Assembly: GCF_963506605.1 (NCBI RefSeq)
Contig: NC_083276.1
Coordinates: 106,578,001-106,642,000, forward strand
Source of the DNA: Zootoca vivipara
Taxonomy: Eukaryota
Length of the DNA: 64,000 nucleotides
Reading direction: 5' to 3'
Position numbers and translations under genes: made by a program. Positions 11,758 through 25,073 of the stretch are shown in pieces. The notes under the pieces were generated by a model. It saw nothing but the letters and a program-made list of their open reading frames with translations. It searched no databases and was not told the DNA's origin. How positions within the stretch are numbered: position 1 is the stretch's first letter; every line of letters starts with the position of its first letter.

Positions 11758-13224
11758 CACAGATGTCAAACACAAGGCCCGGGGGCCTAATCCGGCCCGC
11801 CAGACCTCGTCATGTGGCCCGCGTAGCCGCCGCCAACATTAGCCACTGACAGTAGTTCTGGAGCCTGCGATTGGCCGAGGGTCAAAACCGGGGACGGGGC
11901 TGCAGGCGGAGGCTGGGGCGCTGGAGCCGCTCTGACGGCCTTGGCCAGGGAATTTCAATTTTGAATGAGGCTGAGGGAGGCGGTGGCACAGCGGCCAGAC
12001 GGGGAAGTGAGATGCAGGAGGAGGAGGAGGAAGCCCGCCAAGGAGGTAGAAAAGTCCTACAGGCGCTGCCGGCAAAGTTGGTGCCGGGACGGAGCAGCGC
12101 TGGATTTTTTTTTGGCGGGCTTTGCTGTTGTCTCTGAGAGTGAGTGAGGCGGCACTGGGGAGCCGCCGCCCGCCGCTTCCCTTCCTCTCCTCGGCTGCAT
12201 CCGGGAGGTGGGCGAGCGAGCGGGCGAAAGGGACGCGGAGTGAGCCTGAGGGGGAAGTAGGCGAAGCGCAACAGCCGCTCTCTTGATGGAGCCGGGTTTC
12301 TCTTCCCTCTTCCCCCGTTTTCTCCTCATAGACACTCGGGAGGGTGCCTGGCTTTTGCTCTGCCCCCCACCCCCGAGCCGTCCTTTGGCTTCTCAGTTCC
12401 GGCGGAGCTGCTCCCCGGGGGGCGGCTGGGAGGGAGGCGGCGGCGACGGCACGGGTTCCTGCTCTTCCCACTCTGCCGCCGCCTCCTCTCAGCCCCTCGT
12501 GATGTAGGGCTCCAGATGGAGTCACCTCGCGGTTTGAGTAGGTGGGAGGGGAATTTGGGGGGGGTTTCAAGCCTCCTCTGCCTGTAGTCCCGGTAGGGAG
12601 AGGCGGTGGCGAAGACGACAACAGCGCGGGTGGGGGGAAGAGCAGCTCTGAGGCGAAGATGCACGTCCGCTGGGGCTGCCTCCGCCTTCCTCCTCGGGAA
12701 ATCCGCTGCCCTCCCTCAGCGGGAGGGGAAGGGACTCTGGCGCTGAGGAGGGAGGATGCAAAAGCAAAGCAGGGAGTTGGCGCTGCACCGCATGTTCCTG
12801 CCCCTCTCCAAAGCATGGGGTGGGTTGCAGCGTGTGGCATCCTGCCTAGCGGGGTTTGGGTGTGCGCAGGGCGGGAGAGGGAAGCCCTCTTTCCATCTGC
12901 AGGTTTTTAATCCCAGCAGTGGCTTTCTCCTTCCTGCCGAAGGTTTAGTTGAGCCCCCCCCCCCCGGAAGCCATCGATCCCCACCTTTTGTTCAAATTTC
13001 CCTCGTTTACATCCCCTCCCACACACGCGCCACGACGCAGGAATGTGATCCGCGTGGGGGCGTGAATGAGCTTACATTATTACAAAAAACAGTAATAATT
13101 GAATGCAGTGACAATAATTTATGATAATAAAGAGTGGACACATAGTCCTATAGACACAACCGGCCCTTTGAGGGTGACCAAACTGCTGATGCGGCCCCCG
13201 ATGAATTTGAGTTTGACACCCCTG
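11758..13224. mobile_element. Non-autonomous hAT (Charlie/Buster-type) element, 1467 bp, with GC/CpG-rich cargo
   Basis: TIRs CACAGATGTCAAAC and GTTTGACACCCCTG; subterminal GGCCCG/CGGCCC repeats; perfect 8-bp TSD atctacag (11750-11757 / 13225-13232) with central TA. Confidence 0.92.
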
Positions 13225-13429
13225 ATCTACAGTCTCTTGAGTTCTGTGATGGAAAACAGATGGAAATAGAAATATATTTAATAATAATGATAAATTCACA
13301 AGTAATTCTGACTTGCCCAGTAAGTAGGTTTCCTGATATTAGCTGATGCTTTACCTAACACCTTTTTTTCTATTCCAGGACTGACAAAGTATTTTCCAGG
13401 CATGAAGTTAAAAGCATCAAGTTGCAACG

Positions 13430-13846
13430 TTTGAAGAGGAGGGCCAGCAAGATGATCAAGGGTCTGGAAACCTTATGAGGAACGGTTGAGGGAATTGGGT
13501 ATGTTTAACCTGGGAAAGATGAGACTGAGAGGAGATATGATAGCCATCTTCAGATATCTAAAGGGCTGTCACATGGAGGATGGAGCACGCTTGTTTCTCC
13601 TGCTCTGGAGGCTAGGATCTGAAGCAAGGGATTCAAGTTACAAGAAAAGAGCCTCTGACTTAACATCAGGAAGATCTTTCTGACCGTAAGAGCTGTTCAA
13701 CAGTGGAATGGACTCCCTAGGCAGGTTGGGGACTCTCCTTCCTTGGAGGTTTTCAAGCAGAGGTTGGATGGTCATCTGTCATGTATGATCTAGTTGAGAT
13801 TGCTGCATTGCAGGGCTTGGACTAGTTGACTCTCTATGATTTTATG
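13430..13846 (+). mobile_element. CR1 LINE 3' fragment
   Basis: Encodes ..RLRELGMFNLGKMRLRGDMIAIFRYLKGCH.. (CR1 ORF2 C-terminus) and ends in a ctatgattttatg tail. Confidence 0.9.
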
Positions 13847-14519
13847 GCTCTGGCATCTGGCACCCATAACGTATCTTGATTTCTTATTAGGAATCCAAGC
13901 CATTGCAGTTTTGGGACCTCTACAGCCATGATATTCCTTCTTAGGCACTTCCAGGCTGCCACTATTTTTGGATGGGATTCAATCACATTCTGGCAAATTG
14001 TGCAATTAAACTGATCCCACCCCCCTGCAAACAGGACATTTTTGTGATAAGGAAAGTGGCAGGGAAAGGCACTCAAAAGTTTGAAATAACAATTGCTTGA
14101 TGCAATAACATATAATGTCCTTGCAAACAATTGAGAATAAATGTTCAGTAAATAGCCCATGTTGAATGGAATGAATTTGGATGGATTGACTGTTGAATGT
14201 AATAATCAGTAAGGCTCATATTGCTTCTACTGTTGTTTTTTAAAGCAATCCTTTCTAAGCTAATGGGTTTCTCCAAAGATAGTTACTATAAACAATAGGG
14301 GTAACAGAGTTAGAGTCATGTTGTGATCATGTTTCATGAATGTCACTAGGCCAAGTGATTTGATGTATATAAATTACTATAAAAAAAGAGAGGGAGAGTA
14401 TGTTCCTGGGTATCACATTACTTTAAAGATTGCATGGGTTGTCAGGAATCTGGGAGAACAATTGGAACTAACAAGACTTAAGCAGAGGAAGATGAATGTC
14501 CTATAAGTGCAATGGTAGA

Positions 14520-14710
14520 CTAACTGTCTCCAACCTAGTCCCCTTTAGATGTTTTGAGTACAAATTCTATCACCCCATACTGATGGGAGTTGGAATCCAA
14601 CAATGATACCCTATTATAGGAGTAGCCAGTGTGGCACCCTTCAGATGTTGGACTACAACTCCCATCAGCCCCTGCCAGCACGGCCAATGGGCAAGTGTGA
14701 TGGGAGTCAC
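14520..14710. mobile_element. Degenerate hAT MITE fragments (cagatgttggactacaactcccatca family)
   Basis: Same core as the intact copies at 25921 and 43307; further relics near 9020-9150, 20970-21100, 23240-23330, 27190-27295, 29150-29240, 54260-54395 and 61750-61860. Confidence 0.65.
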
Positions 14711-15085
14711 AGAAAGAGAGTCACCCAATTAGACTTAAACATCTGCTCCTCCATTGCCAAAGAATTAGCTTCCAGGCTACTGCTAGATCTCCTCCGATTC
14801 CCTTGAGCAACTGAGTTATAGTAAACCTTAAGCTATTTACCAACGTGCTGATCTGTACCTTGTTTCAATACATTATGATGGGAGCTTAAGGGCTTTGGTT
14901 ATTTATTTGTTAATGGAAGATTATTTTCCTTTGTTATTTGTTGCTTATTCATCTCTGTGCTTACAATTGCCCTTGTAGGCACTGCTAAGGAACAGTAATA
15001 GGATAATCTTCCAAATACATCCAGACATTTCTTAGTTCAGCTTCAGTGAAGAAACAACTTGCAACACCATCAGCTGAAGCATAGT

Positions 15086-15326
15086 AGGAAACTGCTAAAG
15101 AAGATTTGAAAAGGAAATCAGTTAGCGGGGACTTGGGGAAGTCCCAGAAACAATGGTTTGAAGAGTTAGAAGAAAGTTAAAATGATTATAGGTATTGTTA
15201 TTGTGCGTGGTTTTTTTGTGTTGTATGTTTTCTTTTTTTTCTTTTTATGTATATTTTTATAGTGTTTGTATTTTTTCTTTTCTTTCTGAATGTATAAAAT
15301 CAATAAAAATTATTATATATAAAAAA
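15086..15326 (+). mobile_element. Probable L1-type LINE 3' UTR remnant
   Basis: G/A-rich then T-rich tract, AATAAA and A tail; imperfect flanking repeat gaagcatag / gaagcacag. Confidence 0.45.
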
Positions 15327-16284
15327 GAAGCACAGTGTGTCAGCAAGATGGAATATGACTTTCTCTTGCATGTTGGAGTATGCATTATAAATAGAATCAC
15401 TGTTTGATGACTACACAGAGGCAGTGTTTAGTGCTCAGACATGAAACCAGTGTCTTGAGTGTCTTCTGTGGCTGAAAATACCTAGCCACTTGGACCTTCT
15501 CATATAGCTATTTTACAGGCGGTATTTCAGCTGTTCACTGGAAATACGTGAGAAACCTGCTTTGTTAACCAAGATGTGCCTGAAGAACATGGGGAGGGGG
15601 GGGGAACCTGACATTTTCCTCTATGTGCTTTTGTATTTAAGAAGCTCCAGAACGTAGCACTTTGGCTGTGATCCACAGTTCCTCTAAGCTGCAGAGTTCC
15701 ATCAGCCTCAAGGGCAGTAAGCTGTCAGATGCAATTAGAGAAACTCATGTGTTTCTGTGGGTTTCCCTAGCCATTGTTCTTTATAGTAAGCATTGCTTTG
15801 GATTGGCCCGAGAAGTTCTCCATTAAGACTATGACACCCCCCCCCCCAATTCAACATAGTGAAGAGTTAAGGTGGAGCTGACAGTGTAATAACTGCATGG
15901 GGTGAGGGGGAGACTGGAGAGATCTGAAATGTTCCTAGGATTTTATAACACCTAATATTTCATTGTAGCTTTATATGGGAAGTGTGTCTTACTAATGATG
16001 ATGATGATGATGATGATTACAGCTATTACTACTTTTACTATTAGTGTGTCATCACTTACACAGCACATTTGAAGTGCTGGCACAATAGCAATAGTAATAG
16101 CAATAGCAATAGCAAAGAGCACCATGTTTTACAAAACAAGTAAAAGATAGCAGTCCATCTCACAGTGCAGGAAAGGCATTTTGCAAAATGATTCCCCCCC
16201 CCCCATTTAGGATTCAAAACTATCAAAAACAGATGAATGCATGTTTAAAATATTACTCCCAAAACTCCCAATCATTTGCCAGAC

Positions 16285-16642
16285 GGGGGACCCAGGTGGC
16301 GCTGTGGTTAAACCACTGAGCCTAGGGCTTGCTGATCAGAAGGTCGGCGGTTCGAATCCCTGTGATGGGGTGAGCTCCCGTTGCTTGGTCCCAGCTCCTG
16401 CCAACCTAGCAGTTCGAAAGCACGTCAAAATGCAAGTAGATAAATAGGAACCGCTACAGCGGGAAGGTAAACGGCGTTTCCATGTGCTGCTCTGGTTTGC
16501 CAGAAGCGGCTTTGTCATGCTGGCCACATGACCTGGAAGCTATACGCCGGCTCCCTTGGCCAATAATGCGAGATGAGCGCACAACCCCAGAGTCGGTCAC
16601 GACTGGACCTAATGGTCAGGGGTCCCTTTACCTTTACCTTTA
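16285..16642 (+). mobile_element. Full-length Sauria SINE
   Basis: gggacccaggtggcgctgtggttaaacc head, ggttcgaatccc B box, 3' ctaatggtcaggggtcccttta(ccttta)2 tail. Confidence 0.95.
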
Positions 16643-17378
16643 AGTCCTATATAACTCAAGAGGAATTACTTCTGAGTAGACACAGATAGGATTGCACAGT
16701 TAGTTGTACAAGGAAAAAAGATTTAAAAAGAAGAGTGGTATGAAAAGAAACTCTAAGATTGAGAAATACAAAAGATAGGTGAATGAGACATCATCAACAG
16801 AGAGAAACAGGCAGTTGGGGCAATGACAGATAGAATTACGAGAATTCTGTCTTGGCCATATTGAGATTCATATGGTGAAAAATAAATATCAGATAATCAG
16901 GAAGAAATATTAGTGAAACAGAAGAATATCTGCAGGTCTACAGCCTTCCCTTCCCTATGGTAGAAGGACAAGACAGATCCTCCAACAGAAACATGAAAGG
17001 AATGGTGGGACCATGTTTCAAAACTGAGTAATGATATTGATGGTTGGCAAGGTGAAGTACACTGGGAAGTTTGAGGAGGATAGCTACATTAGTCTGTTGC
17101 AATTAATAATAAAGAGTCTTGTGGCTCCTTGAAGATGAAGAGTGGCATCCAATTTTGCTCATCCAAAAGCAGTTGTTCTTGTAAGGGCTTGCACCCAGTG
17201 TAGCACTAAGGATGTTAATGTTGCATTAACACAAGCTCTTATGCTTGCACAACAGAACTATTGTCCTCTCTCTCCTGTTGCACCTTTTAAGTTCCACTGC
17301 ACAAGAGCTAAGGAAACAAGTGCATTTGATACCATCCACTGTTTTTAAAACTAATTTTAGTTGTTTCTATGGTACACT

Positions 17379-17727
17379 GGGGCGCAGGTGGCATTGTGGT
17401 TAAACCACAGAGCCTAGGGCTTGCTGATCAGATGGTTGGCGGTTCAAATCCCCGGGACAGGGTGAGCTCCCGTTGCTTGGTCCCTGCTCCTGCCAACCAG
17501 CAGTTTGAAAGCACGTCAAAGTGCAAGTAGATAAATAGGTACCACTCCAAACGGGAAGGTAAACGGCATTTCCATGTGCTGCTCTGGTTTGCCAGAAGCG
17601 GCTTTGTCATGCTGGCCACATGACCTGGAAGCTGTACACCGGCTCCCTCAGCCAATAACGCGAGATGAGCGCCGCAACCTCAGAGTCGGTCACGACTGGA
17701 CCTAATGGTCAGGGGTCCCTTTACCTT
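17379..17727 (+). mobile_element. Full-length Sauria SINE
   Basis: Closely similar to the copy at 16285-16642. Confidence 0.95.
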
Positions 17728-19259
17728 CATGATACCTTAGTGAATTACCTTGAGACATGTGTGAAAGGTTGTTGATAGAGAAATAAATAAATAACACCAC
17801 TTCATCCTACCCAAAGGTCTGGGCAAAGAGTTGCAACTTCACCTGATGTTCGAAGGACAATAGTTGATAGCAACTGTAGCAAGTGAAGTAGTCAAGAGTC
17901 CCACCTACCCCCAACGATAGTAAGATAGCAACATTCTTAAATTAGGAAGCCAATGTGCCAGATGACACAGAGGTTGATGATAACTAAAATAGATGGAAGA
18001 ATTAAAGACAAAAGAGCATTAACAACAACAACAAAAATGAGGATCAAAGGAGTTTTGTATGGGAAAGAATGGTATAATCTTCATCAAGACAAAACAAAAA
18101 GATGGAGAGGAGCAGAAACAAGGCAAGGAGACTGGAAGAAGACACAGGAAAGTGATAACTGTTTAAATAGGGAAACAGGAAGATTTTGCAAGAGGAGAGC
18201 ATATATTGGGGTGGGGAAAATAAAGCCATGATCATTCAGGGCTGAAATCACAAGAAGCATTTTAGACCTCCTGCAGGCTTCCATTCTACATGTATTGTCT
18301 GCATCCTGTTCAAAAGGTCATGAATGGAAGCATGAAAGTTTTTTCAACCCAGAAAACTTGCTATTGAAACACATTGGTTCAAGTCCCCTTCTTATAAGGA
18401 CAGCTCATTTTCCAGTTGTTCCAGTGGGTAACTCCTTTTAGGGGAACAAGAAAAAGTCTGCATTCCTTGTTCAATGAACCTACAAAGAATCTTATCAAGC
18501 AATAGAATTAAAAGATTAAGCCACAAGTCACTTGACCTAAGTCTTTAAATGGTTTCTAAAAGACAGAAACTTTACATGGGCTTTAGTCCACAAACCACTC
18601 ACTCAGGAATAATCCCAACGAGAAAGTGATTTGTGGACTGCAACCATAGTAACTGGAGCTGAAGTTTCTGCTGCTTGTGGGGGACTCTGAAAACCAATCA
18701 CCTTGTGCTTTGCTTACTTTTTGTTGTCGCATGACTTGTATAGCCAATGGGGGTCTTCATTTCAGATGAAAAGTTTGTAAGGGGTGACATCCCCCCCCCA
18801 ACATCCTTTCTGTAATTAGGGCAGTGAACCTCTTTCATCTCAAATCCATGAAATGAAATCATTAGCTGTAATTTATAATCATGTGAAGGCTTGGGTAGAG
18901 GACCAATTTCCCTTTTGAATGCTAGTAAGAACAAAAAAAGAATTGGGCCACATTAGATTGACAGGTCTGTCTAGTCCAGAATCCTGTTTCCAATGAAGAC
19001 AACAGTCCCTGCTGTTAAAAGGCTTTTGAACATAGAGGTTCCATCTTGCCATGGCCAATGGCCACAGGTAGATCCATCACCCAGGAATTTTTTGGATGGA
19101 CCTCCAGTCTACCACAAACCTTAAAAAGAAAGAAAGAAAGCAGATGATGGTTAATTCTAAATGGAAACAAAATGACCACCCCGTTTCTGAAGTTCAAGCA
19201 TTTATATTAAGGCTTGCATATCTTATCAGAATTTGAGAGGACAAACGGGAATATAAAAG

Positions 19260-19292
<33 letters not shown>

Positions 19293-20339
19293 GTCTATTT
19301 GTGCTATGTTTTGGAACTCATAAGGTCAAGAATGAGGCCAAACCTTAAAAGCTACTCAGAACTTTGTGAAATAACTTAGAAGCACAGCATTGTGAAATAC
19401 ATCAAGACCATATACTGAAATAAGTGCAATGTTATGCTTATAATTTGAAGAAACAGAATAATTATAGTTTAAAGCAACACAGTTTAAGTTAGTAGCCAGT
19501 CACTACATATCATGGCAGGGAACCCCTTAAGTTAACCTGGCACTGTTTAAAAAGGATTGTGATATTTTATGTAGAAATGTGGTCTATAAATATTTAAGTA
19601 AAATAAATAAATTTGCTTCCAATTCTACCGCCAGTCAGTTTCACTCACTAACCCCCTGCAAGCTCTGATATTATAATAAAGGGACAATATTATATGTCTT
19701 CCAAACCTTTGATAACTTACAAATATCATTTCCACCTCCTCACATTTAAAGATGCTCAGTGGCAGAACACATGCTATGAGTGCAGAAGTTCCAGTTTTAG
19801 AGGATAATTTTTACTCTGCCTAGCAGTTCCATTTTTACACCTAGGTAAAACTTGGATTTAGCTATTTCAAAAGCTGGTATCTTTAGACCAGTGGAAGTTC
19901 CAAAATGCCTAGATTTGTCTTTATGATATTTCCTGACTGATGTCCTCTTGAAAAGCTCCCTTGAAAAGGATTTTGTTGCTGTGGGTTTCAAAACAGGAAC
20001 TAGACAATAGAAGTTCCTTTTGAAGGTGAAAGAAAACTTTTCATGCTGGGGAAAATTGTTTCAAGAACTCTTTTATGAGATGGTATCTTACCATACATTT
20101 GTGGAGGCTAAACATAAGAAATGTAGTTTATATATTGCTATTTATATGGGAGTGGGCAGGTCTGAATGCTCATCAGTCTCCAGGACATGTCTTAGTCTTC
20201 TTTATGATCCTGGGCAACTTGGTTGCTTAGAAACCAGAGCAGTGCCATTATTTCATCTTTCTGCAATTGCTAGTGGAAATGTACTTGAAGGAGGAGGAGG
20301 AGGAAATATATTGATAATGTTAAGATACAATACGGGAAG

Positions 20340-20340
<1 letters not shown>

Positions 20341-20381
<41 letters not shown>
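20341..20381. repeat. (TG)n microsatellite
   Basis: Direct inspection. Confidence 0.97.
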
Positions 20382-20384
<3 letters not shown>

Positions 20385-21996
20385 GAAAAAGGTATTGGTA
20401 ATTTGAGAATAAGATATGTGTTTTTTAAAAGAAAGGATTCTGACTGGTGCAACTCATACACACAAAATCTTTTGGATGCTCTGTTCCTAAAATCAAATGT
20501 CACTGCATTGCCTCAAGCACTCCTAGAAGTATAGTTGGGGATCACAGGAGTGTGTCCTAACAATAGGCTTTATTGATAGAAGATTGGTGGCTTTACACAG
20601 CACAGGTAAAATCCTATTAGCACTAATTGGAATGCAGGTAGTGACTTACCTAAATCCTGGCATTCCATTGTGGAAAAATGAGGTGGCAAAAGGAGATGGG
20701 ATCCAGGTTCATCACAGTATGTGCTCAACTAAGCCTTTAATAGTGTCCCCTATTTAGGTTTAAAAACATCTATACCGGTATTCATTTGTATTTTTGTGGA
20801 TGTTATTACCTTTCACAGGTGTGCTTCAAAAAGAATTATCCTTGAGTACGTAAGTAAGGGCAATACCTTTATTAGAACCAGGCAAAATGGCAAAAAGTTA
20901 TTTTGGTTGACCATAATAAAGGTTTTAGCCACGCTGTGATTTTTGATATCTTCAAATGTGTAACTTTTCCTCAACTTGGTGCCCTCCAGATGTTTGGGGC
21001 TACAACTTCCATCATTGATAGATGCAAATTAGGGAAACGCTGGCTAGGCTGATGGGAAATGAGCTTCCAGGGCCCAACTTTCAAAGGAGTAGAAAGCTCC
21101 TGGCTGAGCATGTTGCATAATATTATAGTGTTCAAACCTTTTAAAAAATTGAGAACCACTAACAAAACTACTGTAGTGATTCAAATATGTGCAGATTATA
21201 CAATTTATCCAGAATAAGAATAAAGACCATGTGATCGTCTAAACCTAACAAGATGGAAGTCTTTTCTGCCATATTTCAGGCATGTTTTATATTTAATCCC
21301 TGGCATTAAAATATACGGAGATGAAGGATGCCATCTAAAGTGGAAGACTGAAATGGTGGGGTGTGGCTTTGAAGCCTTTCGCCAGTGGTGGATTTTCTGC
21401 TCCCTATGCCCATACTGGAGAAAAGATATAAATAGTACTCTTTTCTTTTATCCTCTGGGAAGAATAGCAGCTCCATGAGGCAATCTGATGCCTGCAAACT
21501 GTGGAATGGGAAAGGGTCAAAGCATTTACCCTATAGAAAAAGATTATGAGGGTCGTCATCAGAGGGAAATTGTGAGGGTGGAAAGGGATAATTTTTATTA
21601 TTATGATTATTGTTAAAAGCTTTATTGAAGAGAGAGTTGGAAATAATAATAACAACAACCTTTACCTTACATCTCATATTGTGCTAAAACCCCTAAAAAG
21701 TTTTGTTCCATTACAAAGGAAGCTTCTATTTTTCTGCCTGTTTTTCAGGGCACTTTAGAATTTATTTCAAATGTCTTCATTAAAAAAACCCACTTAAAGA
21801 AAAGGGGGGAAAGGAGCAGCTATCAGGTGGATCATATGCAGCCTCCTCACCTTCCTATGTTTCCTAGAAAGCTCAGGAAAGGCTATTATGGGCTTTTCAG
21901 AAAATTCAGGCACCCAGGGATATTGCTTCCACAACAGGAAAAGCCATCTGAATTTTTCCCTTGTATATAATTTCAGGACGCAGGCCTAGCCAGGAC

Positions 21997-22216
21997 CAAG
22001 GCCGTCTTACCTATAGGTGCTAGGGATGCGGGACACCCGGGCGCTGGGCTCTAAGGGCGCCAGGCCGAGAGTCTGGGGCCTGAGAGTTGAGTCCAGGGTT
22101 TGCAATTTTGGGAGAGGGGAGACTGTGGCACTAGGGAGCGGGCAGGCTAGTGAGGCCCCTTAGATTTAGAGGCCCTAGGCTTCAGCCTACTTAGCCTATA
22201 CATAAATCTGGCACTG
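21997..22216. mobile_element. hAT MITE; right end shared with the 1791-4312 element, left end different
   Basis: Terminal 60 nt (tagatttagaggccc...aatctggcactgcata) identical to 4257-4316; left end caaggccgtctta; no matching TSD. Confidence 0.75.
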
Positions 22217-23842
22217 CATATTGGTCAGCATTTCCAGCTTTACAAGTGAAGATGAACAGTTTTGTATGATGTATTTTAGCTGTTGAGTGGATTGTTGAGT
22301 TACCCATGCTCAGCCTCATGCCAAGCCCAGCATCTTAAGCAGTCAGCTGTGTCACCTGTCCCCAGCCCTAGCCCCATGCATTGAAACCCAGGATGCATTG
22401 GCCATAAATGTATGGCCTGTGTCCTGGAGGGGAAGAAAAATCGAGATTGTAGCATTCGGAGCATGCATGCATTGGGGCACACAGGTAGGTTGATCAACAC
22501 TGGAGGCCAGGGATGGGGCTATCAAGTGCAGTTTCCTTTCCTCTCTCCAGATGTTCATTTCTACAAGACCTGAGGGCAGTCAGGGAGTGGCCATCTGGTT
22601 CCTGAACTTGTGGTTTAATGAATGCACCAGACTGCAGGCTGTTGGAAGACTTCCTGAATATTCAATACATGCCAGTGTGGAATGCAAAGTACACAAAATC
22701 TGGCACCAACCATTTTAAACCAAAGCCCTTAGTCATCTAGAGAGTGAAATATAATTCAAAAGAGATTTCTGCCACCACATCTTAGGGGAAAGAAACTGCA
22801 AAGGAAATGATGGGCTGGTTTTCCATCCACCCACTTGCCATTCATTTATTGCAAGCTCTTTGGGTTTAAAAACACACAGATAAAGCTAGCCTGGTTGTCT
22901 GTTCACATCCATATAAAAGAGGAGTCATAGGGCATCCAAGAAATAAATGTTTCATTACTCTTGTCACAAATACACCCCTTTTTCCTCCTTGAAAAAATTG
23001 TATCACTGTGCTGCGTGTTTTGATCTTTGTTAGCTAATGGTGCTCAGTCACCATAGAGTGATTTTTCAACACAGTATGATAATTCAGGTTTGGAGGATTT
23101 AAAGACTTTTCATTTACGTTGAATTATTGGCTTTTGCAGCAAATATGCTGTGATTACTATACCCACCTGCCACCACATTTCTCATGCTTATTTTCATGAC
23201 TATTATTCACTGCTTTCCTTAAGCTGATAACATAGAGCAAATTGGACTGCAGTTTGCATCATCCCTGGGGCTGGTGGGAATTGGAGCCCAACAACATCTG
23301 GAGGGGCGCATATTCCTCCACCTCTGATACAGGACTAGCCCTTTTTCTTGAGGCCAGGCTCCTTTTCGCCCAGCTTCCTGTGACCAACAGGGACCAACCC
23401 AGAGGCAATAGTGCAGCTATTGCAATGTGCAGCAGCTAAAGTGCTGAGTGAAGAATCCTGCCATGCTCATTATACACCATCCCAAAATGAATAGCACTAA
23501 CTGCCACTATACTATTGAGCTAGGTTTAAGGTTTGGGATTTGGCATATACAATTCTAAACAGCATGAAATTGGCTTACAGAGAGGATAGTCTTTCTGCAT
23601 ACAAACCTGATCAGTCATAAGTTAAGATAATTGGATGAGACCTTGCTGATCATGTCTCAACCTGCAGAGGTTTGGTCAGGGCCTTTTCAGTAGTGGCACC
23701 TTTTCTGTATTAACACTTCCCCACTGAACTAAGCCAACCATCTATGCTAGCGCAATGTTGGTGTTAATGCAATGTTGGTGTTTGCTGAAAACACTTTTTT
23801 TTGAGGACTTCGTTTGTCATTAATGCCAGCTGGTTTCTACTA

Positions 23843-24084
23843 CAGTGGTACCTTGGTTTTCAAACATAATCTGTTCCAGAAGTTCATTTGAGTTCCAAAA
23901 CCCAAAACTGAAAGTGGAAGCTTTAAAACGGAAGCCTCAATATGGAAAAACTCAAAACGGAAGCTGTGTTTCCAGTTTGACTTCAGAGGCATGTTTGAAA
24001 ACCAAGGCATTTACTTCTGGGTTTTCAACATTCGAGTTCCGAAACGTTCAACTATGGAGGCGTTTGAAAATCGAGGTACCACTG
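23843..24084. mobile_element. Tc1/mariner-pogo (Tigger-like) MITE
   Basis: TA|CAGTGGTACCTTGGTTTTCAAAC ... GTTTGAAAATCGAGGTACCACTG|TA. Confidence 0.9.
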
Positions 24085-25073
24085 TATCTATCTGAAGTCA
24101 ACCTAGCAACAACTGAGGTATATGGTTTATGGACATGAAGGTTTCATTCAGTTATCACAACCACTAGCCATCAGTCATGGATCCTGTTTTAAAGCCATCT
24201 AAGTTACTTGTCAAAATAATGTATGTCATTAGATTATGGCCCCACCTCAGGCCCGCACAACAATTTGTGACCCATCAAGCTCAATGTAGCCCAGCAGGTA
24301 TGAACTGTGGTTTGTCAGATGTGTAATACACACCCACCCAGGGTTGTATCCAACTAAGTCACCAAGCAAGTAGGACAACTTCTGTCTGCACCTTGAACCT
24401 ACCTTTCAAATCTGCTCTGGGTTTTCCCTAACCTCCTTGAGCAAATTTTGAGGTAGCATGGGGTGGTGGTGGTGCGGGGAGTGGAGGAGAGGGAGGGAAC
24501 TTCTGACTTAGAGGGATACAGCTCACATGCATTGTGTCCCAGAGCAAGACCAGGAAATGTCCCACCTGGTGAGCAAGCCTAGCAAGCTGCATTCAGTTTA
24601 GAAGACCACAAATTATGCAGGCTTGCCTTAGTTTATGAATCATTTTTCTATCATAATAGTGATGAGTTTTTATGTGCCTCGCCCCACTCATCTTCTTACT
24701 ATTCCCTGCTCTTTTGTAAGCATCTGTATTGAACATTATGATGGGCTCTTTAGACGGAGAAAGGAGGTGTTGATGAAATGCATATTAATATACTTTACAT
24801 GCACCCACATTTGAAATTGCTGGTATACATTGAGCTTTATTCTGTTTGCTTTGTTTATTTGGAACATTTGTAATCAGTCCTTCATCTAGCTTTCCTTTCA
24901 CAACGTCCCTTGATTTGGTTGATTGCATAGGACTTAATACAATTCTCTGGGTGTGCACATCTAAACCACTCCATGCATTCCATAACTGCCTCTCTTTGCC
25001 TTGCAAAAGGTAACTCCTTATTTTCATTTTGATTGATTGTTTACAGCACACACATACCTAGTGTTGAGACCAA

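Noticed and set aside
11839-12840. 333-aa minus-strand ORF and overlapping ORFs
   Set aside because: Low-complexity P/A/G/S frames are open on both strands because of GC richness inside a transposon; no domain recognised.
16285-16360. tRNA-like A/B boxes
   Set aside because: These are Sauria SINE heads, not tRNA genes.
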